The position numbers and the translations under genes are program-made. Below, piece after piece: positions 49,772-57,710 of a stretch of DNA of 64,000 nucleotides (position 1 is its first letter; every line of letters starts with the position of its first letter). The notes under the pieces are model-generated. The model saw only the letters and a list, made by a program, of their open reading frames with translations. It did no database searches and was not told the DNA's origin. Source of the DNA: an uncultured Spirochaetaceae bacterium (GTDB taxonomy: Bacteria; Spirochaetota; Spirochaetia; SZUA-6; RPPD01). Location: positions 5,701 through 69,700 of the forward strand of contig CAZEPL010000008.1 in NCBI GenBank assembly GCA_964514135.1, given 5' to 3'.

Positions 49772-50896
49772 ATGATTGAAATCGCTACTGTAAATCTTAA
49801 ACCCGGAATGAAATTTGATGCTCCAGTATACATTGATGATAAAAATATTCTCGTGCCTCCGGGAATACCAATAAAAGCAAAAGATATTGAAAGATTGAAA
49901 AGGTGGGAAATAAATACCGTACGCACTAATGGGAGTGAAATCAAGGATGAGAGTGACCAGACAAAGGTTTCACATGAGCTGCTTTTTGAATTGGAGCCGG
50001 AAGAGAAACAATGTCTCGATGCATATTATCAATTCTTAACAAAATTAACCGAGGTGTTTACAGACATTAGAAAGCAGAATAAGATTTCCCATGATAAAAT
50101 TGATAGAATTGTCAATGATTTATATTTACATGTAAAAGAACATAAAAATAAAATGATCCAACTCGTACTGCAGTCGGAAAAACATGCAGACGATCTCACA
50201 ACAAACTCTATTAATTGCACGATTATCTCAATAGTAATCGGCTTGATTTTGAAGACCATAAGTCACAGGATCCTTATCCTCGCTACGGGAGCATTACTTC
50301 ATGATGTAGGAATGCTGCGGATTCCGGAAGAAATTGTCAACAAGAAAGCGGATCTGACGGCTAAAGAACTAAATATGATTAAAACTCATCCAATATATTC
50401 GTATACGATAATTTCCAAGGAATTAAAATTTGCTGATGAAATTGCTCAGATCGGGCTTTACCATCAAGAAAGGTGGGATGGTAAAGGATATCCTAAACAA
50501 TTAAATAAAGAAAACATACCTCTCTTTGCCCGAATTGTAGCAGTAGCTGATTCATATGTGGCTATGGTAAAAGAAAGACCATATAGAGGGCATATGATAG
50601 GGTACGACGCTATTAAAACTATAATCAGTGATAATTTTAAAAGATTTGATCCCAACGTTGTTAAAGCATTCTTGAAAGGTATGGGAATATATCCCATCGG
50701 TAGTATCGTACTGCTCAATAACGGCGCTCTTGGGAGGGTAAACGAGATAAATAGTGACGCACCGTTAAGGCCTAAGATTGATATATTAATTGACGAATAT
50801 GGAGATAAATTACAGGAGAGCACGAAGATGGATTTATTAAAAAGTGGGGATTTTTTTATTGTACGCGCTGTTGATAAAAAAGTAGTGCAGATGTGA
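49772..50896 (+). CDS. HD-GYP domain cyclic-di-GMP phosphodiesterase-type protein
   Basis: HD motif ([17 protein letters not shown]) and GYP motif ([11 protein letters not shown]). N-terminal accessory domain. Confidence 0.85.
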   Translation: MIEIATVNLKPGMKFDAPVYIDDKNILVPPGIPIKAKDIERLKRWEINTVRTNGSEIKDESDQTKVSHELLFELEPEEKQCLDAYYQFLTKLTEVFTDIRKQNKISHDKIDRIVNDLYLHVKEHKNKMIQLVLQSEKHADDLTTNSINCTIISIVIGLILKTISHRILILATGALLHDVGMLRIPEEIVNKKADLTAKELNMIKTHPIYSYTIISKELKFADEIAQIGLYHQERWDGKGYPKQLNKENIPLFARIVAVADSYVAMVKERPYRGHMIGYDAIKTIISDNFKRFDPNVVKAFLKGMGIYPIGSIVLLNNGALGRVNEINSDAPLRPKIDILIDEYGDKLQESTKMDLLKSGDFFIVRAVDKKVVQM

Positions 50897-50900
50897 AATA

Positions 50901-51248
50901 ATGAATAAGAGATTAAAAGGGGCAGAAGGGGAGAAGAAAGCGATTAAAAAGCTGATAGATGAAGGGTACACAGTACTTACTCAAAATTATAGATCAAAAT
51001 ATGGAGAAATAGACATTATTGCTTTGAAAAATGATACATTAGCTTTCGTTGAAGTAAAGGTATTCGATAGCTTGGATAGAGAAAATCTGGAATATATGAT
51101 AAATTCGGTAAAGAAGAGGCATATTGTAAATACTGCCAAATTATATCTTATGAATAATGCACATTTTATGGAGAAACATAAAAGATTTGATGTCATTTTA
51201 TTTCAAAACAATTTTACACAAGTACATCATTTTAAAAATGCATTTTAA
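50901..51248 (+). CDS. yraN: YraN-family (UPF0102) predicted endonuclease
   Basis: GAEGEKKAIKKL...GYTVLTQNYRSKYGEIDIIA...AFVEVK, the typical YraN core. Confidence 0.8.
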   Translation: MNKRLKGAEGEKKAIKKLIDEGYTVLTQNYRSKYGEIDIIALKNDTLAFVEVKVFDSLDRENLEYMINSVKKRHIVNTAKLYLMNNAHFMEKHKRFDVILFQNNFTQVHHFKNAF

Positions 51249-51253
51249 ATTAA

Positions 51254-51282
51254 CATACTACCAGCAAAGCTGGTGGTATGTT
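51254..51282. other. Strong 13-bp-stem hairpin (ACATACTACCAGC-AAA-GCTGGTGGTATGT) after yraN
   Basis: Read directly. One G·T-type mismatch. Confidence 0.6.
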
Positions 51283-51296
51283 GGAGCAAGGTGGAA

Positions 51297-51328
51297 GAAA
51301 AAGCCACCACCTATGGTGGTAGCTTTTT
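51297..51328 (+). terminator. Rho-independent terminator (AAAAAGCCACCACC-TAT-GGTGGTAGCTTTTT), potentially bidirectional
   Basis: 14-bp stem with one mismatch, flanked by an A-run upstream and a T-run downstream. Confidence 0.55.
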
Positions 51329-51352
51329 CGGAAGTAAAGGAGTGGGGGCGGT

Positions 51353-51484
51353 TTGAAAATCGCTAAACAAAGCGATAAAGATAAATTAGAAGAGCTCAAA
51401 AAAAAGATCCATGATGAGGAATATTTATCTGACGCTATTAAAAAATTAGCCCAAAAATTAACAGAAGACTTGATTAATGAGGAT
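51353..51484 (+). CDS. Candidate 43-aa micro-ORF resembling the C-terminal sigma-28-binding helices of FlgM
   Basis: TTG start after an AAGGAG RBS. MKIAKQSDKDKLEELKKKIHDEEYLSDAIKKLAQKLTEDLINED. The pattern E-x-L-K-x-x-I-x-x-[GE]-E-Y-x-x-D-x-x-K-[IL]-A-x-x-L recalls the FlgM C-domain. Too short for the ORF track. Confidence 0.25.
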
Positions 51485-51490
51485 TAGCTT

Positions 51491-51871
51491 ATGTCATATC
51501 ATAACCGGAGAAAAACAAATTACAGTGATCATAGAAATAAATTTAGACAAAATAGAGAATCGCGTAGGGAAACAGATAATAAAAACTATCCTCCATGCCC
51601 AATCTGTAAAAATAAAATTAAAGAGATTTCATCTGCCATTAATTACCGGGAAACGGAAGAGCCGGCACATTTTGATTGTATTCTAAAATCTATTGAAAAC
51701 AGTGAGGAGTTGGCTTCTCACGAAAAAATATGCTATTTAGGGAATGGCAGTTTTGGTATTGTCCGATTTCAAAAAGATCCCTCTGTTTTCCCTTTTATTA
51801 TTAGGAAAAGAATACAATATGAAGATCCGAGCGCGTTACTTTCATGGCGTAATAGACTTTTTAAAAAGTAA
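51491..51871 (+). CDS. Hypothetical basic protein with CPxC...HxxC zinc-ribbon-like motif
   Basis: 126 aa. R/K-rich N-terminus. CPIC-N20-HFDC. Confidence 0.4.
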   Translation: MSYHNRRKTNYSDHRNKFRQNRESRRETDNKNYPPCPICKNKIKEISSAINYRETEEPAHFDCILKSIENSEELASHEKICYLGNGSFGIVRFQKDPSVFPFIIRKRIQYEDPSALLSWRNRLFKK

Positions 51872-51915
51872 TTTCGCTCAATTAATGAAGAGATTAACTA
51901 AGTAATAATATACTT

Positions 51916-52653
51916 TTATTTACTATACTGCTTGAGCTGTTCAAGTACCTCTAAAGCTTTATTTTTGACAACTCTACTATAGTTACCTTGAGCAATTCGT
52001 ATCAGTGATCTGTATGCTCGGGGTTCATAGATTCCGTCATTTGACTCAGCTATTTTACCAAAAGCTAATGCCGCGACATAAGCAAAGTTATCGTTAGGGG
52101 CCAAAGTATCTTGAACTTCAACCGCTTCTGCCAGCGCTCTCACCGCTCGATTATCCTCATTAAGACCAATTTCCCCCAGGGCATATGCGGCGTTCGATTT
52201 TACGATGGGGTCCACATCATTTATAAGAACACCAATAAGGATATTTACGGCTTTTTCTTTAGCTTTATCACTCTTTACAAATTGTAATGCATTACACGCT
52301 TGGCTGCGCACTTCAGGAAAATAGTTGATAATTCTCCCTCTTTCTGAATGCAATGTTGTAGTTCCCTCACCGGCTAAACGACCTAGAATAAGTGCCATAG
52401 TGAATTCTTCATCGGTAGATTTTCCTTCTTTTAATGTCTTTTCAACACGGGTTATTGCTCTTAGTTTCGCTTCTCTATCGTTTGATGTAGCCTCTTCGCT
52501 GATAATTTGCAGTTCGGGATTCTTAAAAAATAACTCTTCGATAGGCGGTTCTTTATCTGATGAATCATCACCATCGTTGCTTTGGGCTATCAACATGGCG
52601 GGTGATACCAGAAATATTAGCATAAGAAATATATAGAGCACATTAATCTTCAT
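51916..52653 (-). CDS. Secreted HEAT/PBS-lyase-repeat protein
   Basis: Signal peptide (MKINVLYIFLMLIFLVSPAMLIAQS). Repeated HEAT-like units (VRSQACNALQFV, SNAAYALGEIG, RAVRALAEA, AYVAALAFGKIA). Confidence 0.6.
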   Translation of the reverse strand: MKINVLYIFLMLIFLVSPAMLIAQSNDGDDSSDKEPPIEELFFKNPELQIISEEATSNDREAKLRAITRVEKTLKEGKSTDEEFTMALILGRLAGEGTTTLHSERGRIINYFPEVRSQACNALQFVKSDKAKEKAVNILIGVLINDVDPIVKSNAAYALGEIGLNEDNRAVRALAEAVEVQDTLAPNDNFAYVAALAFGKIAESNDGIYEPRAYRSLIRIAQGNYSRVVKNKALEVLEQLKQYSK

Positions 52654-52709
52654 CTTTACACTCCATTCATAAAAGATTACTTATGAATCATTATGGTAAT
52701 GATTATATA

Positions 52710-53219
52710 CTACCATACACCAATTTTCCATAACTTATTATTATCTTTTTCCAATAAATATATCACATAGTTGGTATTATTTACAATAGCAATTACTTTT
52801 ACACTGTTCTGGTCTAAGAATTCAATTCTATCCATTTTTATGCCTGTACGGCTAGGTATGAATACAAAAAGAAAGAAATCTTTTAAATTTTTTATGGTAA
52901 TATTACTATTTTTCAAACTTGGTTCTTCTGATACCTGTTTTAGATAAAAAGGATCACTGTTTTTCAGGACATATTCTTTGGTTAATATGCTTTTCCACGT
53001 CTCGTAATCTTCACGGTCCATAATTTTTTGTATTTTCTCTATGAATTGATAGATTTCATTGAAAGTTATATTATAGGTTTCCTGGCTAACTTTATAAGTA
53101 TTATTGCTTAAATTTTCTGTCTGGTTTTCGCTGTCATTACTTTTTTTTACAGTAGTACAAAACGTACATATTACCGATACTATGCAAAATACTGCGATAA
53201 TTAACGGTTTGTTTCTCAT
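52710..53219 (-). CDS. Hypothetical secreted/lipoprotein
   Basis: N-terminal hydrophobic leader with Cys residues (LIIAVFCIVSVICTFCTT). No recognisable domain. Confidence 0.45.
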   Translation of the reverse strand: MRNKPLIIAVFCIVSVICTFCTTVKKSNDSENQTENLSNNTYKVSQETYNITFNEIYQFIEKIQKIMDREDYETWKSILTKEYVLKNSDPFYLKQVSEEPSLKNSNITIKNLKDFFLFVFIPSRTGIKMDRIEFLDQNSVKVIAIVNNTNYVIYLLEKDNNKLWKIGVW

Positions 53220-53408
53220 TTTAATATAAGTTTATATGAGGAAATTGCAAAAATCAATATGTTTGACTGTTTTTTTGGCAAAGTAGTTTATTCATTCTCA
53301 TTTAAAATGGGAATTGCCATTGTTGACCATACTATTTAATTTGTGTAGACTCTATGTACGAAAATTGCGGTTTTACGCAATGTGCAAAAATTAATTGTGA
53401 GTTATGGC

Positions 53409-53891
53409 ATGAGACGTGTAATATATCCGGGAACATTTGATCCTCCAACCAACGGACATTTAAATGTTATATCAAGAGCCGCCAAAATATTTGATCAGAT
53501 AGAGATTGTCATAGCGGTAAATTCCGAAAAGCACTGTGTGTTTACCCCCCAAGAACGTTTTGATATGTTAAAGAACCTGGTAAAAAAGCATAAAAATGTC
53601 AATGTCCACTTATGGGAAGGTCTTATAGTGAATTTTGCACAGAAAATGAAGGCAAATGTGATATTGAGGGGAGTACGGGCACTTTCTGATTTTGATCATG
53701 AGTTTGAGTTATCTATGATGAACAAGGCTCTTAATCCGGATATTGAAACGATTCTTTTACCAACGGATAAAAAGTACTTTGTTTTAAGGTCCTCTGCCAT
53801 AAAAGAAGTAGCGCATTTTAAGGGAGACATCTCTGAAATGGTGCCTAAACTTGTGGCAGATGCTTTAAAGTTAAGATTACAAAGTTCTTGA
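53409..53891 (+). CDS. coaD: Phosphopantetheine adenylyltransferase CoaD
   Basis: MRRVIYPGTFDPPTNGHLNVISRA (nucleotidyltransferase H-x-G-H motif). The ORF-track start at 53382 is probably too far upstream. Confidence 0.92.
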   Translation: MRRVIYPGTFDPPTNGHLNVISRAAKIFDQIEIVIAVNSEKHCVFTPQERFDMLKNLVKKHKNVNVHLWEGLIVNFAQKMKANVILRGVRALSDFDHEFELSMMNKALNPDIETILLPTDKKYFVLRSSAIKEVAHFKGDISEMVPKLVADALKLRLQSS

Positions 53892-53916
53892 CATTAACTT
53901 AACAATAGTGTAATTT
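53888..53916 (+). promoter_or_regulatory. Sigma-70-type promoter (TTGACA-N17-TAATTT) for rpmF-acpP-rnc, overlapping the coaD stop
   Basis: TTGACA at 53888-53893, TAATTT at 53911-53916. Confidence 0.4.
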
Positions 53917-53954
53917 TTGCTATCTTAACTAACAACTACACGTGAGGATAAAAT

Positions 53955-54143
53955 ATGGCAGTACCAAAGCATAAAGCATCAAAGGCCAGGACTCGAAGAC
54001 GAAGGACTATTAATATGCGTTTGCAGCCTCCACATCCAGTTGAATGCAACAATTGTGGTAATTTAACTCTTTTACATAAAATATGTACAAAATGTGGTTT
54101 CTATCGGGGAAAACAAATCCTTAAGCCTGAAGATATGGCTTAA
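53955..54143 (+). CDS. rpmF: 50S ribosomal protein L32
   Basis: MAVPKHKASKARTRRRR and a C4-type ribbon (CNNCGN...CTKCG). Confidence 0.93.
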   Translation: MAVPKHKASKARTRRRRTINMRLQPPHPVECNNCGNLTLLHKICTKCGFYRGKQILKPEDMA

Positions 54144-54171
54144 TCAATAAAAACAATAAAAGGAGTTATAT

Positions 54172-54420
54172 ATGGATAAAAATGAACTATTAGGGAAGAT
54201 GAAAAAATTGATTGCGGAAAGACTTGAAATCGATGAAAGTAAAATTACACCGAATGCCTCCTTTAGAGAAGATCTCGGTGCCGACAGTTTGGATACATAC
54301 GAGTTAGTGTATGCAATTGAAGAAGAACTAGGAATTACAATTCCTGATGAAAAAGCAAATGAATTCGAAACAGTAGGAGATGCTTTAGAATATATTAAAT
54401 CGGAACTCGATAAGAAATAG
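54172..54420 (+). CDS. acpP: Acyl carrier protein
   Basis: DLGADSLDTYELV phosphopantetheine attachment motif. Confidence 0.95.
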   Translation: MDKNELLGKMKKLIAERLEIDESKITPNASFREDLGADSLDTYELVYAIEEELGITIPDEKANEFETVGDALEYIKSELDKK

Positions 54421-54436
54421 CGTCTACTAGTATTAC

Positions 54437-55195
54437 ATGCTTAAATACACAATAAAAGGTAACGTACCTCCGATAGACCAGGAAAGAAAGAAAGAATTAA
54501 AATTATTTCAAAAACTCGCTGGATTAAGGTTCAAGAGTGCTAACTTCTTGAACCTCGCTTTTGCGCATAGATCATACGCAAATGAAATACCGGGCGATAG
54601 TGAAAATAATGAGAAATTAGAATTTTTAGGCGATTCGGTTCTTGGGCTCATCGTAAGCGAATATTTATTTATTAATTTAGAGGATAAAACCGAAGGCGAT
54701 CTGGCAAAGATTAAATCATTTGTAGTCAGTGAAGATATTCTCGCATCGGTGGCAAAAAAAATCCGCGTCGATAATTATATACTTATCGGCAAGGGAGAAG
54801 AATACTCAGGTGGAAGAAGTAAAAAAGCCCTTATAGCTGATGCAATGGAAGCTATTTTTGGAGCCTATTATTTGGACTCAGGCTACACTGCAGTAAGAGA
54901 ATTCGTATTAAAACTGTTAATGCCTGAGATTGATAAAGTAGTAGAAGATAGACACAAAAAAGATTATAAAAGCTTATTACAAGAATTGGTTCAAAAGAAA
55001 TTTAAGGCTTACCCCAGATACAGCGTCATAAGAAAAACCGGACCTGACCATGATAAAACATTTGTTATAGAGGTGAGTATAAACAATATATCATATGGTA
55101 AGGGTGTGGGAAAGAATAAAAAAGAAGCGGAACAACAGGCTGCCGGTATTGCGTATAATACGTTAACTAAGCAGTCTACGTTAAAAAAGACTTAA
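54437..55195 (+). CDS. rnc: Ribonuclease III
   Basis: ERLEFLGDSVLGL catalytic signature and C-terminal dsRBD. Confidence 0.95.
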   Translation: MLKYTIKGNVPPIDQERKKELKLFQKLAGLRFKSANFLNLAFAHRSYANEIPGDSENNEKLEFLGDSVLGLIVSEYLFINLEDKTEGDLAKIKSFVVSEDILASVAKKIRVDNYILIGKGEEYSGGRSKKALIADAMEAIFGAYYLDSGYTAVREFVLKLLMPEIDKVVEDRHKKDYKSLLQELVQKKFKAYPRYSVIRKTGPDHDKTFVIEVSINNISYGKGVGKNKKEAEQQAAGIAYNTLTKQSTLKKT

Positions 55196-56540
55196 GGCGT
55201 TGTTCATAAAATCTTTTTGCAATATTCAATAATGTTTCACGCGTATTCAACGCAGGATCATCGAGTACACATTCCAGAAGATAATCTAATATTTTTCCTA
55301 CATACACACTCTGAGAGATAGCAAGCTCCTGCATAACATCGTGACCATTTATACAAAGATCTTGAACTGAAAAAATTCTACTGTCTTGCAGTAATTTATT
55401 AATTCGCGCTCGAAACTGCCCAAGATTATAAGAAATCACCGGATGATTACACATCCCCATCTGATCCGCCTTTCTTAAAGCGAACAGATCATCTATATGC
55501 GTGGGGCCAATCCGGCGGATAAATCGTCTAACTGCCGCATCGGACCATGATTCATCATAGCTCCACATATGCTGTAAAATAAGATGACATGTGTTTTCCA
55601 TGATTACATTAGAAAATATAAGACGCTTAAGGATTCGATATGCAAGTTGCTTGGATTTTATTTCATGACTGTAAAAACGAAGTTCGCTGTTTTCGTTCTG
55701 GGTAATTGAAATTGGCTTTCCAATATCATGGAAAAGAGCGGCTAATCTTACCGGTAAATTGGAGGGTGGTGCTGCATCGCATGAATAAAGTGAATGATAA
55801 TAAACATCAAAACAGTGCATGGCAGGTTGTTCCACATCTTTACAGGCCTCAAGCTCAGGAAGTATGTAATGCATCAGGCCTGTTGTTCGCAGTAATTCAA
55901 AACCCTGTGAGGGAGTATGAGTTTCAAGAATTTTAATCAGTTCATCTCGTATACGTTCTTGTGAAATATTTTTAATCAGGTGAGCGGTTTGGGTGATGCC
56001 GTGAAAAGTTTCATCTTCAATGTTGAATCCCAAAACACAGGCAAAACGGCATGCTCTTAGCGTGCGCAGAGCATCCTCCTCAAAGCGTCGGACCGGATCG
56101 CCGATGGCTCTTATAATCTTTTTTTTAAGATCGGCTCTGCCATTAAACGGATCATGCAAAGCATGAGTGTTTAAATCATAGGCAAAAGCGTTTATGGTAA
56201 AATCTCTTCGTTTAAGATCTTCATAGAGCGAGGGTGAAAAATCTACTTTGTCCGGTCTTCTATGATCCGTATAGTTACCATCTATTCTAAAAGTGGTAAC
56301 TTCAAACTGGTGAGTTTTAAAAAGAACGGTAACCGTACCATGCTGTATTCCGGTGGGAATAACCCTGCTAAACAATTGACTGACTTGTTGAGGTAAGGCA
56401 TCAGTAGCAATGTCAAAATCTTTAATTTTCTTCCCCAATAAAAGATTGCGAATAGCTCCACCTACCACATAGCACTGGAATCCTTTTGTTTTAAAACGGG
56501 ATGCTAACTTCTTTAAGTCATTCAGCAACTTTATCTTCAT
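55176..56540 (-). CDS. cca: CCA-adding tRNA nucleotidyltransferase (Pol-beta NT domain plus HD domain)
   Basis: GGAIRNLLLGKKIKDFDIATDALP head domain. HD-domain region (LAALFHDIGKP). Confidence 0.85.
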   Translation of the reverse strand: MKIKLLNDLKKLASRFKTKGFQCYVVGGAIRNLLLGKKIKDFDIATDALPQQVSQLFSRVIPTGIQHGTVTVLFKTHQFEVTTFRIDGNYTDHRRPDKVDFSPSLYEDLKRRDFTINAFAYDLNTHALHDPFNGRADLKKKIIRAIGDPVRRFEEDALRTLRACRFACVLGFNIEDETFHGITQTAHLIKNISQERIRDELIKILETHTPSQGFELLRTTGLMHYILPELEACKDVEQPAMHCFDVYYHSLYSCDAAPPSNLPVRLAALFHDIGKPISITQNENSELRFYSHEIKSKQLAYRILKRLIFSNVIMENTCHLILQHMWSYDESWSDAAVRRFIRRIGPTHIDDLFALRKADQMGMCNHPVISYNLGQFRARINKLLQDSRIFSVQDLCINGHDVMQELAISQSVYVGKILDYLLECVLDDPALNTRETLLNIAKRFYEQRLKSFLT

Positions 56541-56597
56541 CTTAACAAGTTAGAATCTCTTGCTGACCTTGTCAATAAAAGAATAATTGTTGAAAGC

Positions 56598-56632
56598 AAA
56601 AAAAGGCGGCCAAAGATGCAAGGCCGCCTTTT
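56598..56632. terminator. Bidirectional rho-independent terminator between flaB (3' end) and cca
   Basis: AAAAAAA-GGCGGCC-N10-GGCCGCC-TTTT. GC-rich 7-bp stem with an A-run on one side and a T-run on the other. Confidence 0.7.
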
Positions 56633-56642
56633 ATAGTGAAGT

Positions 56643-57515
56643 TTATCTAAACAACTGGAGTACAGATTGAGGTTTGGTATTTGCCTGTGCCAGCATGGCG
56701 GTAGCAGACTGTACCAAGATCTGGTTTTTCACGAAACTAACCATCTGCTCTGCCATATCTGCATCCCTAATGCGGGATTCAGCTGCCTGCATGTTTTCCG
56801 CTCCTGTTAACAGACCAAAAACAGCGTACTCCATTCTGTTTTGAGAAGCACCGAGATCGGCACGCTGCTTGCTGACCTTTTTTAAGGCCTCATCAATGAC
56901 TCCGATCGAGCGGTTTGCACTGTCGGGAGTTTCCAGCGAGAGAAAAGTAGCATCATGCGGATATCCGTCGGCTCCTTGAATTCCCAATCCTTGAGCAGTC
57001 ATGGTGCCAATGAATACTCTTTCTCTTTGATCCATATTTGCACCGATGTGAAACCACATACTACCTGTAATTGAATTTTCACCGGTAAATCTGGCGAAGC
57101 GGCCGGTGAGAAAGTTCATACCGTTAAACTGAGCATGAGACGCAATACGGTTCACTTCATCGACAAGCTGTGAGACCTCTACCTGAATCTGCATACGGTC
57201 TTCATCCGAATAGATTCCGTTTGAGGCCTGAATAGCCAACTCGCGCAAGCGCTGCAGGATATCCTGTGATTCCTGTAAATAACCTTCAGCTACCTGGATA
57301 AAAGAAATACCGTCTTCCGCATTCATGGCTGCTCTGTTTAAACCGCGTATTTGTGAGCGCATCTTTTCAGATACGGCTAAACCGGATGCGTCATCACCAG
57401 CTCTGGTTATTCGTAAGCCAGAGGAAAGTTTCTCCATATCTTTGTCTAATCCTATGCCATTGGATTTTAAGTGCCGAAATGCAAACATGGCACTTAGGTT
57501 GTGGTTAATAATCAT
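56643..57515 (-). CDS. flaB: Flagellar filament core flagellin FlaB
   Basis: [20 protein letters not shown]...[34 protein letters not shown]-terminus and conserved C-terminal helices ([16 protein letters not shown]). Spirochete FlaB length of 290 aa. Confidence 0.95.
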   Translation of the reverse strand: MIINHNLSAMFAFRHLKSNGIGLDKDMEKLSSGLRITRAGDDASGLAVSEKMRSQIRGLNRAAMNAEDGISFIQVAEGYLQESQDILQRLRELAIQASNGIYSDEDRMQIQVEVSQLVDEVNRIASHAQFNGMNFLTGRFARFTGENSITGSMWFHIGANMDQRERVFIGTMTAQGLGIQGADGYPHDATFLSLETPDSANRSIGVIDEALKKVSKQRADLGASQNRMEYAVFGLLTGAENMQAAESRIRDADMAEQMVSFVKNQILVQSATAMLAQANTKPQSVLQLFR

Positions 57516-57560
57516 ACAATCCTCCTTGATTGTTTTACCTGGACATCCTTGTCCAGTATG
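57516..57560 (-). promoter_or_regulatory. flaB 5' leader with two CsrA-type binding sites (hairpin-loop ACAAGGAUGU, and AAGGAGGA at the SD)
   Basis: Minus-strand mRNA: ...CUGGACA-AGGA-UGUCCAG..(17 nt)..AAGGAGGAUU-AUG. 7-bp perfect stem with GGA in the loop. ACAAGGAUGU matches the CsrA SELEX consensus RUACARGGAUGU. Confidence 0.5.
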
Positions 57561-57570
57561 CCTACTTAGA

Positions 57571-57597
57571 TGGTCGGAAAATAAATAAACTGCTTTA
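57571..57597 (-). promoter_or_regulatory. Candidate sigma-28-type promoter for flaB (TAAA-N15-TCCGACCA)
   Basis: Minus strand: TAAA (57597-57594), a 15-nt spacer, TCCGACCA (57578-57571). Compare the sigma-D consensus TAAA-N15-GCCGATAT and the sibling element upstream of flgB. Confidence 0.4.
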
Positions 57598-57710
57598 GCT
57601 TTTAATCTTAGAGTTAATAAATATACATATGGGATAAAAATTGTATAGTTGTTTATTTATGCATTATGTGGTAAACTAATAATAATTTTGGCGTAATGCG
57701 GATGTAGGGT

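Noticed and set aside
51157-51366. 69-aa +-strand ORF spanning the yraN 3' end and the terminator hairpins
   Set aside because: Overlaps yraN in another frame and runs straight through two strong stem-loops. W/K/P-rich nonsense translation.
52325-52636. 103-aa +-strand ORF
   Set aside because: Antisense to the minus-strand HEAT-repeat gene, which has a clear signal peptide and repeats. Shadow ORF.
55706-55936. 76-aa +-strand ORF inside cca
   Set aside because: Antisense to the CCA-adding enzyme gene. No RBS. Shadow ORF.
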